A DNA stretch of 64,000 nt from Lingula anatina (Eukaryota > Animalia > Brachiopoda), in assembly GCA_051362555.1 (NCBI GenBank), contig CM120641.1, forward strand, positions 45,390,401 to 45,454,400. Direction: 5' to 3'. The translations under genes were made by a program, and so were the position numbers. Shown here one piece after another: positions 12,678 to 24,174 of the stretch. The notes below the pieces were generated by a model. The model saw only the letters and a program-made list of their open reading frames with translations. It did not search any database and was not told the DNA's origin. The stretch's first letter is position 1. Each line of letters opens with the position of its first letter.

Positions 12678-15600
12678 TCACTGGTTTTTGTGAAAATAAA
12701 CGTCCTTGAGCAAGCTAGATGAAATGTAAGGAATAAGGTCACACATATCGTAGAGGTAGCCGTGTTCTCCTTCTTCCCACAACCTCAAGTATGTCAGAAC
12801 ATCCTTCTCAACTCTACCACAAACCTGTGTCAACATAGACTGAAGGTCAGCTTCACCTCCTACTTCACTCAATACTTTGCACAGGTGATGAACAAAACAA
12901 GATAACTGTTTCTTCTGATCTTTTTGGAGTTTATTTTCTGTAGTGCTGCCCTCTACAAAGCAGTAGTCCTCATTGCTTGCTCCTTCCCATGACCAAGACC
13001 AGTCACCTGAAAATGAAAAAAAAAAAAAAAAAATGTATGATTTTGATATTTTTACATTATTTTATTCATCCTAGTCTCTGAGCCAAAGTTGACTTGGATA
13101 AATACAATTTATGCCCTGTAAGACACTAAACAATTTTAATGTTCGCTTTAAAAAGAATTTTGAACAAAAATTCCATTATCAGTATACCTTACATCTGAGA
13201 TATTCCGGTATCAATTTTGGCAAAGTGCCATTACATGCATTAGAGGAACACACGTACTAACAGGTCACTGTCCTAGCTGAAACCCACAGCTCCAGAGTGG
13301 TAGGAACAAATAATAGTTGACAGAAGGGTGGGGGCATCAATGGTAAATTTGTTCTTGAATTTCAATGGTCTGGGTACCAATTCAGGAATTCAATAGAAAA
13401 AGAGTGGTAAAATGTGCACCTACTTGGAATGACTGAGTGCACAACCAATATATTGGCCTCTGCTGGAATAAGATATGGCTGAGGCTTTGTAGCAAGTCTT
13501 GGACCTTTTTCCACGTATAATTTCTTAGCTTTTTCTATGATAGGCAAGATAATTTCCTCATCTGCCTGTGAAAATATTAGAATGTGTAGAATGCTGCTTT
13601 AATGAAATAATTTATTTGTAAAATGTTTTAATTGCCAACAAAGTGTGACTGTAACAGCTTTGTATAACAAAAAATAATTGATTAAAATATATAAATAAAA
13701 AGAATAATTCCTGGATGATTTTCATTTCATCACCACATACTGTATATCTTATTTATGTACAAGTCAGATACATGGATACACTAGCTTTACCTGTATGATA
13801 AATATTTTGGGTATTGCCGCCAGACTCTCGTGACACTCGTCACCTTTGAAAGGTCTCACTAACTTATCAACAGTTACAGATCTGTCTTTTCCCCAAAAAT
13901 GTCTTGTTTTTGGATCAGTGTGGGTAGTTCTTACAGTGCCATCTTGATCTCGTACCACTGTTGTTTCCTCGCCGTGTGTCAAAATGATACACAAGAAACA
14001 CCCATTTTTGCTAAAGTCTTGTGCAGCCACTGAAAAATTTAAACAAAATAATGTAAGTAACTGTTTAAAATTTTCGTGCACCAACAAAGCATAACTTATG
14101 CAACACCCTAGAGCAAGTAGATATTGCTGATGGTTTCAGTTGTAAGCAAGTTAAGATGAGATTTACATTGCTAGTTTTATGAATGCTTCACGATATCAAA
14201 AATGTCTCACATGCACAATGGATTAACTGTTGTGATAAAATAATCACTCTGTTAAAAAACAGCAATTTCTGCTTAAAATTGTCAATTAGCTTCTACTGTA
14301 TTTTGTTTTTTTCTGTAAAATATTGTACTTAATCACAGCAGCAGTGATGTATTTGATTATAACATCTATCATAAGCCAGTCAAAGTACTACTGTTGTTAT
14401 TAAAAATGGAAACATTACAGTTCAATATTAATTATTCACAATAAACAAGTATTACTTACCCTTCTTTTTAAGATGTCCTAACATTCTGTCCACAGTATAA
14501 TCTTTCTTTAATTTCACTGTAAAACCAAGCGTTTCTAAAACTGACTTGAGCTGCTTTGCATCATCTCCTGTCTCTCCATATTTTCCCATCCTTGGAGAAA
14601 AGACAAAATTAAAGCAATTCAGTATTCTCATGCCATCACTGAATCACATTACATCAAATGCAATTGCTATTTGAATTATTAATGCTTATAAGTTAAATCA
14701 ATGCATAATGAATAGTACCGAGTGTAGAAGAGTTTCATTAGCTATGTTACTGTAATAGACTTGTGAAGATTCTTTTGTCTATAGCAACTTACATTTGTCT
14801 GGTCTGGTATCAGGACAATCCCCCCCCCCCCCCCCCCCCCCGAAGAATATATATATTTATATACAAATATAAAGTAAAGAGTACAAAGTTCAAATCTTTT
14901 CATCCATTTTCTGAATATTTCTTAGTGTGATGATGCAAATCAAGGAAAGATAACATAAATTTTATTAAACAAATTATTTTCATGGAGTACAAGTACATAA
15001 AATTTTCGAGATAGAAATACAGAACATTTTACTAAAAATCTGATCAAAGTATAAATCTCCAAGTAAAGGAGGGGTAAACAGATGAACTCACTCATCCAGG
15101 TAGCCCTTTGATGAATTAACTGTTACTTTTAAATGCTTTATTTCTCCCCCTTGATTGAGTAAGTCTTGAATCAAGGTGCATCTCTAGGGAGAGGTGGGGT
15201 AAACAGATTTTCTCGCTTATCCAGGTATCCCTGTCACTATTTGTCATTTTTAATTGCTTGACCACTCCCACCACCCACCACACTAAAAATATTTATAAAA
15301 TATTTGTTTACTCCACCTTTACCTGAAGGATAGGTGGTTATACTTCGATTAGATATTTAATAAATCTTCCTTCACTTGTACTCAATGAAAAAGGGAATTT
15401 GTTATAAAATAATTTGTTTCATGATGAAGCTGTATTATCACACTAAAAATATTAATAAAATGGATGAAATGTTTAAACTTTACACTTTCTACTTTATATT
15501 TGTACAGACATGCTGAAACTGTCGGTCCGGTTGGTCATGACCGGGAAAATTTGTCTGGACCGGTAAAAAATTGGACTTGGTCGGTCCAAAGGACCGACAA

Positions 15601-16873
15601 GAGTTTTAACAGCCGCAATTTTGAATTTACAGTCATCATTCGACATACGTCACTAATAAAATTATATAAACCCAAAGCGTTTTTTCCCTTCCATTTCAAA
15701 CCTATCACATTCACAAACAAAGTAAGCTACCCTAATCGTACTGGTAGTATCTGTCTCAAACGAATAGAGTGATTTTCGGTCCGACAAAAATGCATTCGGT
15801 CCGGCAAATTTTTCATTACTGCCGGTCCAAATGTCCGGCCATTCTGAAAAGTTTTCAGCATGTCTGTTTGTATATAAATATATATTTCTTGGGGGAGGGG
15901 GGGGGGGGCGGATTGTCTGGGGGGAATTGTCCGGTCTTACCAGCCAATTTGTATTCCCAAAGTGAAACCCATTTCAGCTACCAAAGTACTCACACGATTC
16001 AAAATTCAGTGTACCACTTTGCAAGTAAACTGGTCACTGATGGTTGAACTGATATTTAGTTTCCTTGTCAGATCAATGACTTTGACAAGTAGTAGTCGTT
16101 TTGACAGTAACACAACTTTTTCCGTGCTACTAGCTACTGTACCTGGTGAAACACATTTTAGTCCAGAAATATACTAAAAAACTATGTAACATCTCTAATA
16201 CAATAAAATAATCTTTGAAATAAACTTAAAAGTAAAATTATGCACAGTCTACCTGGTTTTCTTGGAAGTATTGGAATTAAATGTTTTGTTATTGAAAATT
16301 AGAGCTTTTCCTACGGAGTCTGTGATTGGATAACAGTCATCATCTTGCCAGCCAGGTGGAACGATTGCAACTCTTTGCCCTTTCCCTTTCTCTTCATTCA
16401 ATTTTCTATCAAAACACACAAAAAGTAAATATTATACTCCTTGAAAGATGAATTTTAATCAATATTTTATATACTGCAACATGCTTTTCTTTTATTTCAT
16501 TCACAAATAAATTGCCTTAGCAATTTAACTTCTGCGGGTCCTATTTATTTTTCATATCATTTCATTTTTGAGGGAAATATCTTCAATTGAACCTTAACAG
16601 ATTCACATTCTGGATATTTTCTGGTTTGAAAACTTCATCTCTTTTAATCAAATACCAATGCACTTAAATTGTCATGAAGCTTGCAAGTCCAAACAGTATA
16701 TAAGCGATGTGCAGATAAACAACTATAAATAAATATCATTATTGGATATACTTGTTTATCTTTATTTGGTTCAGCTGGGCACTGATGTTTAGGTCAGTGG
16801 TATGCCCAGGTAAATCTTCAGCTTCTGTTTGGTCAGAGGCACTTGTGGCACCTCCTGTGTTCTCTTCTGACAT
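12678..16873 (-). CDS. Caspase-3/7-like protein lacking the catalytic Cys (pseudo-caspase), about 371 aa
   Basis: Exons 16752-16873 (ATG), 16253-16405, 14460-14590, 13791-14029, 13424-13565, 12678-13006 (TGA) total 1116 nt in frame. Caspase motifs: GKALIFNNKTF, LETLGFTV, CFLCIILTHG, SLAAIPKIFIIQ|ADEE, IPAEANILVVHS, SCFVHHLCKVL, SSSLLKDVYF. Confidence 0.88.
14810..15936. mobile_element. Large degenerate foldback element with GGACAAT(T)CCCC ends and about 200-bp inverted arms
   Basis: 14813-14995 is an imperfect reverse complement of 15373-15504 plus 15867-15935 (for example CATCCATTTT/AAAATGGATG, TTAGTGTGAT/ATCACACTAA, polyC/polyG). Confidence 0.7.
15505..15866. mobile_element. MITE nested in the foldback element
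   Basis: TIR CAGACATGCTGAAA / TTTCAGCATGTCTG, TTTGTA direct repeat on both sides, subterminal CGGTCC/GGACCG repeats. Confidence 0.8.
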
Positions 16874-16890
16874 CTGGAAAAAAAGGAACT

Positions 16891-17045
16891 GGGTCACATC
16901 ACAGGTTACATGCCTATACGTCCCTACACCGATACTCCCCCGCACTGGTACATCCCCGCACCAATACTTCCCCACACCGATACTCCCCCACAATTACAGA
17001 CATACTGAGGGGGAGTATCGGTGCGGGGGAGTATCGACATGACCC
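16891..17045. repeat. Small inverted-repeat element with 16-17-bp internal tandem units
   Basis: About four (C/G)CACCGATACTCCCC-like units followed by inverted GGGGAGTATCG copies; GGGTCA...TGACCC ends. Confidence 0.6.
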
Positions 17046-17940
17046 CACATCGCATATCCACACTGTACATGTATATTATCTACTTTTCTGTATACACTTT
17101 TTAATGCAGTCAGGGCTTTATTCCTGCACTCCCCAAGTCACATAAAATATACATGTAACATTAAACAGCTAGGGCATGCACATTTCAGTTCACCTGGAAA
17201 GTACCGTACAATACTCCACTGCCAGTTACAGGAAGATCTTTAATTTCAATTGTGCCCAGTTTTTAATAATAAATTAATGAAATACAGGTAGAGCAGCTCA
17301 GTGTATCAAAATCAAATCTGTGTCAACAACACATAATGTACCGTTGTAATGCCATGCTACTATCATTTTTAGGCCACCTAGTTTATCATTTACAATGATA
17401 ATTCTAAATAAAATACATGTAATAACAAATGCAGACGCCCCTAGATGGTGTACGTTAGTTGTTTTGTGAACCGCCATAAAACATGCCCCCCCCCCCCCTC
17501 CCCCAATATCAGACTTCAAGACGAAATACATGTATAAGCCACAAAGAAGAACAAGGGCTTAATTGTTTAACCAGTATGTCAGATTTTATGGGAAATTTGG
17601 GCTTCTTTTGTAATTTTTTTGTTATCCCCCCCCCCTTCTTGTTCCCCATTTAGTCAATATTAAAAGGTCAAACTCAACTGCATACTTTGAAAGATACATT
17701 GTATCAACCTATTTTGCACACACATGTGGCCAAAATTTCTATCACTTAAGTCTATTTCATAAACATATTACTCTGCTTGGGAAAATCCTAGAATCAAAAT
17801 ATAAAATAGGTGTTCATGCTGAGCGCCTCTCCTGTGGTAAATTTCAAGTTTCCACGAAATTATTTATGGGTGAAAATCAAGTGGGGCAACTTATTGCTCA
17901 TTTTTGAAAGTGGGGTCTGAAAAAAAAAAAGAAAAACATG

Positions 17941-18107
17941 CTGCCCGTAGCCAGAGGGGGTTCGGGGGGCTAGAAAGAACCACCCCTTTTAGTGGGAAAA
18001 GGTCCACTCTGGGTAAAATTTGACCTAGGTTCATGAAGTTTTTATGGAAAAAGGTCCACTTTTTCAGAAAAAGAACCCCCCTTTTGAAATTGCTGGCTAC
18101 GGGCCTG
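17941..18107. mobile_element. MITE, CAGGCCCGTAGCCAG family (copy 1)
   Basis: TIRs CTGCCCGTAGCCAG / CTGGCTACGGGCCTG with CATG on both flanks; the internal sequence matches 22486-22643. Confidence 0.8.
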
Positions 18108-18397
18108 CATGGTGTCACTAAAACCGAAATACAGTTTGATCTACATGTGATGGATAAAAATTTTAAACGGTTTATTCACACTAAAATCTGTAATTATTAG
18201 TGTACCAAATTAGTTCAATTAAAAAACATTGTGTAGATCCTACATGTACATGTACTAATAACAGGAAATAAAAGAAACTGTGTGACTCTTGCGGCAAACA
18301 CCTCGAACTAAAATCTAAACTACACATTTCACTTAGGCCATCTACGAATGAATGAAAGCTTCCCATCATCATCATTAATGTATCGGTAGACCACTCA

Positions 18398-18480
18398 CTT
18401 TCTGTGTTTTTACTTCACTTCTCCTTTCTCTTCCACCTTCTGCAAATTCTGGGAATTCCCGGTTTCAGGTTCTTGCTAAA
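18398..18480 (-). other. Probable non-coding first exon of the caspase-like gene
   Basis: Minus-strand donor CAGAAA|GTGAGT at 18398/18397, upstream of the ATG exon, which begins directly at an acceptor. The TSS position is not determined. Confidence 0.5.
18451..18460. promoter_or_regulatory. Perfect palindromic NF-kappaB/Rel site GGGAATTCCC
   Basis: Exact match to GGGRNWYYCC at the inferred 5' end of the caspase-like gene. Confidence 0.55.
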
Positions 18481-18659
18481 ATTACTTGTAGGTGGCGCTG
18501 CATGTTAGTGTAAAGCCTTTTTTTTAAATAAACAACACCTTGACCTAACAAAAAATTACCTTAATTTTTTCCACCCTTTTTTCTTTCATCTTTTTCATTT
18601 ATATGGATATCATCTAATATTGTTAAATTATCCACATTCTAATAACGACTGTTCTACAA

Positions 18660-18799
18660 AGAGAGGGTCTTCTTGGATGATTTGACCGAAATTATAACGA
18701 GGCTAATGGAATTAATACCGAGGAGAAAAGAAAGATGCTATCGTGTGTGAGATGCCTTCGAAGAAATGCCTCCAACGGTCGCATTTGCATCATGACTGA
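18660..18799 (+). other. Probable first exon of a divergent + strand transcript (likely the RUSC-like gene)
   Basis: CpG-containing segment ending in the donor GACTGA|GTAAGT; the link to the exon at 30341 is inferred. Confidence 0.4.
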
Positions 18800-18892
18800 G
18801 TAAGTATATAATATATGCATTTAATCGGATATTAGTAATATATAATTTCCGGTAAATGATATGAGCGTAACGCCGTTGCATTTAGCAATAAC

Positions 18893-19381
18893 AACTTTCA
18901 CTTTTCAAACATTTTTTTACTTTGTCTTTTTCACCTATGTCAAAGCTGTTGAAATAAAATGTTTTTGTAATTACCTGTGGTCTTTTTATTAGTTTTAATC
19001 ACGTTTAATCCACCCCATTGAAATACAATGTGAAAATTTACAATGTATCTGCAGTCAATAACTTGCAGCGTTTTCGTTGGCTAACTCTAACTTATTTTAT
19101 GTGAACATAAGATTGATACATTGTATACTTGGACTTCCTCTGTGAAATTATTATGAGCTACTTGTTCACATAAAATTACCTTAGAGTTAGCCAACGAAAA
19201 CGCGGCAAGTTATTGACTGCGGGTGTAAATTGAAGATTCTAACATTGTATTTCAATGGGCTGGATTAAACGTGATTAAAACTAATGAAAAGTCCACAGGT
19301 AATTACAAAAGCATTTTATTTCAACAGCTTTGACATAGATGAACAAGAAAATGTAAAAAAACTGTTTGAAAAGTGAAAGTT
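18893..19381. mobile_element. About 490-bp near-fully palindromic foldback MITE
   Basis: Arms of about 230 bp are reverse-complementary (AACTTTCACTTTTCAAACA...TGTTTGAAAAGTGAAAGTT; TTTTAGTTTTAATCACGTTTAATCCA-like blocks match). Confidence 0.85.
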
Positions 19382-22300
19382 ACAGAAAGTTACAGGGTGG
19401 GGGGGTATACTACAAAAGTACCCACTTTTTCGCTCAGCTCTTATTAATTATCGATGTTTCAGTATTTGGCTATAGTAGTAATTCACTGACAGTAGAAAAT
19501 TTGAGCAGGGAGGTGAACATTGTCGAATTGAGTTCACGAAAATGCTGTGCATTCTATGTAGTGTCTGTTCCTCATACCGATTAGATATATATATGAAGAT
19601 CTAGACTAGTCACTAGAATGAAAGTGATGTTTATTTCTCTACTACATCATATGTACATGTATTACCAGTAACGTTATACTTAAGTTATAGACAAAGAAAT
19701 TTTGAGAGCGTGCTTTAGCATGACACCACACTAGTCTACCATAATATATATATATATATATAAAAATAAATAAATAAAAATAGAATGAAATAAAAATTAT
19801 CAATTGGTAAAGTACTTTTAAAGAAATTTAATACAGTTTTCATGTACTAGTATGAATATATACATATGCAAAGTTAAATAAAATATTTTATTTGTTAAAA
19901 AACATTTAATCAGATTTGATCATTTTGAAATTTATTATTATTATTATTAATTAGTCCTGATACAAATTATGTTTGTTAGATTCCTTAATAAATATCCTGA
20001 TATTTACATTTTAATATATTCATTGGCTTTATTCAACATTAATGCTATTTTTTTCTGTTTTTTGTTGGTGGAGACACCTACCTCTGCATCCTTTGCCTGG
20101 TCTATAAAATGTAAAAGAAAAAATGTTTGATACTGAAATTCTTTATTTTTATCACTTTATTTTTCTGGTTGAAATTTAATTACAATGATCAAAATATTGA
20201 TGAATATTGTTTATACTTCCCATTATTGAGATGGAACTTAATTAGTCCTCCTTTCTTAAACATCTGATCTTAATTGAACTTACTATTACTATCAGCCTAT
20301 ATTTTTATGTTTAACCACATATTCAATACACGAGTATTAAATGCTAATGGGATCTTGATATTGTGAACATACCAATCTTGAGAAATATCTTCAGTCAAAC
20401 TTACTAGTACTTTAAAAAAATATTGACCATTCTTTCTGTAAGATCTTTTCTGCGGGTTATCTTAGTTTGTTACACATAATGTCTCTGTCCCATGTTAGCT
20501 ACAGGCAGTGTCTACTGGAAGTCCTAGGAATTATATATTTCTTTCCAATACTGAGGTTAGCTTATATGTAGACAGTGACCATCCTAATAAATGAGAAAAA
20601 AAAATCCTAGAAATTACTGTAATTTACTTTTTTTATCACTAAGATGTGTCCTATCCTAAACAATTGAGAAAATTGCAAGAATGACTCAAAAAAGAAAATA
20701 GGAACTCAGTAACCTATTTATAGATTGTAATTTTTTGTACAGATATGAATGTACAGGGAAAATGTTACAATTTCCAGGCATTTAATAAAATTTGTATGAT
20801 ATAAAAGTGTACTGCAAAAGTGAAAGCTAGTATTTGGAATGGTTGATATATCTTCTGAAGCACTAAAGATTTCTCTTTTTACAGGCCCCCAAAAGTAAGT
20901 TTACAGTAGCAATGCTAGCACTGAGTGCATTGGCTTTAGGTAAATAACTGTAGATATTTATATCAGCAGTCTCTCCACAACAAAGAACTTGGGTATAATA
21001 TATCTTATATTCATTGCACTTGCTCTCACTGTCCTGGAAGAAAAGGTAATTTTGACTCCTTTGATCTGAAAAAGGTAAACAGCCCATATTATGAATGATT
21101 ACTAGTAATTATTACTAACAGAATTATCAGCTTGTACTTTTGCAGATTTTTTGATGATTCATTTGTGTTATCTTGAGAAAAAATATATATAAGTATTACA
21201 CTTATGGAAATCATATCAGAAAAGTGTGGGGACAATAATTATAGAGTTACAGGTGTGTCGTGTTACTGGGAATTCTTTCCTCCATCCCCATTGAAATATA
21301 TATATATTGATATGGCATACTGAGCTTTGCATGGCATGACGGGGAACCTCTTCCAGTGTATTGATCCTCCCAGTCTGTATGTTATTGTGTGCATTGATAA
21401 TGGAGAGAAAATGATAATGAACCAACCTGAGAAATGTACACACTCCAGACACATGCTGCCATCTGGAATGCAAAATTTCCAGTTTCCTGACATGAAAATT
21501 CAATAATTCTGGCTTTCTGTAATTGCTGTTTAATATCAGTGCTAGGAAAATGTCAAGGGCTTCTCAGAGGCAGAGATATTCAGTGGATCAAATCAAGGAA
21601 TTCTTTGATTAATTGTCTTATGATATAAACAAGGGAAATGTCGTGAGATGTGTTACAAAGAAAACTTTGTCAGGTGTGACGATGAGCTGTAAAAAACACT
21701 TCAAGGGAAAACTGACAGACCAGGGTTATCTTTGAAGCATTTACTTAGGTGCCAAGGTAATCAAGATTATCAGTCTTTTTTGTATATACACCACATGCAT
21801 ATTTTAATACAAATATATAATTTTTCTTTGTTGACTTAGACATTTGAAAAATTGCATAGCATTATACCATCATGCAAGATGGTGATTTTGTTCAGTTTAA
21901 GTTTTTGGCCCCCTTGCACTTGAAGCAGAGAAATTAGTCATGTCAGTATTCAGTGCAAGGAAACTGCACAGTATACAGTACAGTACAGCAGAAGGGATCT
22001 ATTTATTACTGGGAGGCTGAGAGTGAGTCATGTGGCTCTGCAGTTCATCTGATATTTCTCTTGTGTCTAAGTTCAAAGCATTCTCAGTGTACATTATCTT
22101 GTAGAGGAGAGAAGAGATGTGTGCTGCTATTAGTGTTAGGAATGTTGTAAACACTATAGCTGGTGCAGAAGTACAAAAAAATACCAGATGGGGTAAGCTA
22201 GTGCTGTTTGGCAAACATTTTCTTTTGTTTGAATGCTGATATTTTATTCATCTTTGCAGTTCGAGGTTTCATTTGTAATGATGTTCCATATGTTATGTTT

Positions 22301-22485
22301 GTGAACTCTATACTGAAAATCCTTAAAGATTTTGTAATGTTGTCAGTTTTTTAACATGAAATATTTCAAAGTAAAGCCAGTTAATATATGCATATGATAA
22401 ATGATTTTGTTAAATGTGTAAATTGCTCCAGCTATTGTGATTTTCGACAGTGTAATGTATTTAATGGAATATATATGTGATAATA

Positions 22486-22643
22486 CAGGCCTGTAGTCAG
22501 GAAGGGTTCGAGGGGTTTGAATGAACCACCCTTTTTGCTGGGAAAACGTCCACTCTGGATAAAATTTGATCGAGGTACATGAAGGTTTTATGGTAAAAAG
22601 TCCACTTTTTCAGGAAATGATGAAATCTCTGGCTACAGGCCTG
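22486..22643. mobile_element. MITE, CAGGCC(C/T)GTAG family (copy 2)
   Basis: TIR CAGGCCTGTAGTCAG / CTGGCTACAGGCCTG with TAATA on both flanks; homologous to 17941-18107. Confidence 0.8.
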
Positions 22644-24062
22644 TAATATTACAAATTTTGTATTAAAATGGTATAAATGAGAAATTGGCACTATACTATA
22701 GTACCTGGGTTGCAGATTAATTACGTGCACTTTTCTCCGACAAGGTGGAAATATGTGCCATGAATTAGACAGAGATATATCAGTGAATATCTAGTGAAAA
22801 ATCAATCTGTAGCCCAGTACACTTATTGCTTCTGTTTATTCAAAAGATTTATGATATGTTGTAACCTTTAAAATTGAATGTCAACTCTAAAAGATTTGCG
22901 ATATTTTTGATTATATTAGGTTTTATAAATCTTACATAAATATCTACATCTCTAAATATTACATACTCTCTACATATTATATGATTTTCTTTATGTAAAT
23001 GATCATCGGTTTGATTTTTCACAGTTGATTAACTGTTTTTTTGAGAATTGTATATATATCAATTGTATATATAACTGTATGTTTGTGGGATTATACATGA
23101 TTGTACAAATGTTAAGAACATGACATGAAGACTAGAGCTGATTATGACTGTACAAATGTAAACAACATAAGATAAAGATAAGAGCCATTTATTTCAAACT
23201 GTAAGATATGGCACTATTGCAACATGATGAAAAGGCACTACTTGTATGTGGGCATATTCAGTTTATGATGCTTAAGCAAGAAATTGTGATTTTTGCTAAT
23301 ATAGTTTTCCAGTGGTTTTGCCAATAGCAATTGTGTTGAAAACATTGTCTCAGGCCACTTACTTTTATTGGCATCTCTTATATTCTAGAAGACATCAAAA
23401 TCCGAAAGGCATGTATGGACTGAACACCATCCAATAAAACACTAGTTATGTTGAGTTTTCACTGAATAGGGTATCAGAATATGAAAAACCTTTCAAGGAC
23501 TGAAGGTGGCTGCCTTTGGACTCCATACACTTAAATTGAACAGTTTTAAATGATTTCTTTTATATTATTTTCAGTTGTAGCTGAGAATGGATGTTGTCCT
23601 TGAAGACAATGGAAATGTGTCAAGCCAAGTCGATTGCAATTACAATATGGACAGCGAAAGTGAAAGGACAACAACAACAACAACAACAACAGGAGCAAGA
23701 AAGAAGAAGGTAAAAAAAGAAAAAAGCAGAAGGTAGACATTAAAACAATTGATTCATGGTGCTTTGTGGTGAACCCATGTTTTATAATGAAGTTATTTCA
23801 AGGCGTTTTTTATTATCAGAACTTTACAATTATGTAGTTATTATAATAACATACTATAGTTAATCTTCAAGCATCCTGAACAAGTGACTCTTTCTAATGA
23901 TAATAATAATAATAATAATAATATTAGTAAAATCAAATGATTACAGTACACCTGATTTGTTGGGCAACTGAAAACTTTGAACAGAGGTATTTGGTAATGG
24001 ATGTGGAGATATGTGTGACAGAATACAATGTACAGTGGGATGTATTTACAAGGAAACAAATT

Positions 24063-24063
<1 letters not shown>

Positions 24064-24134
<71 letters not shown>

Positions 24135-24143
24135 TGACACCAA

Positions 24144-24172
<29 letters not shown>
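24064..24172. repeat. (CA)n microsatellite
   Basis: Long CA run followed by interrupted CA repeats. Confidence 0.95.

Positions 24173-24174
<2 letters not shown>

Noticed and set aside
16891-17045. Short periodic repeats superficially like a CRISPR array
   Set aside because: There are no unique spacers, the context is a eukaryotic intron, and it is an inverted-repeat element.
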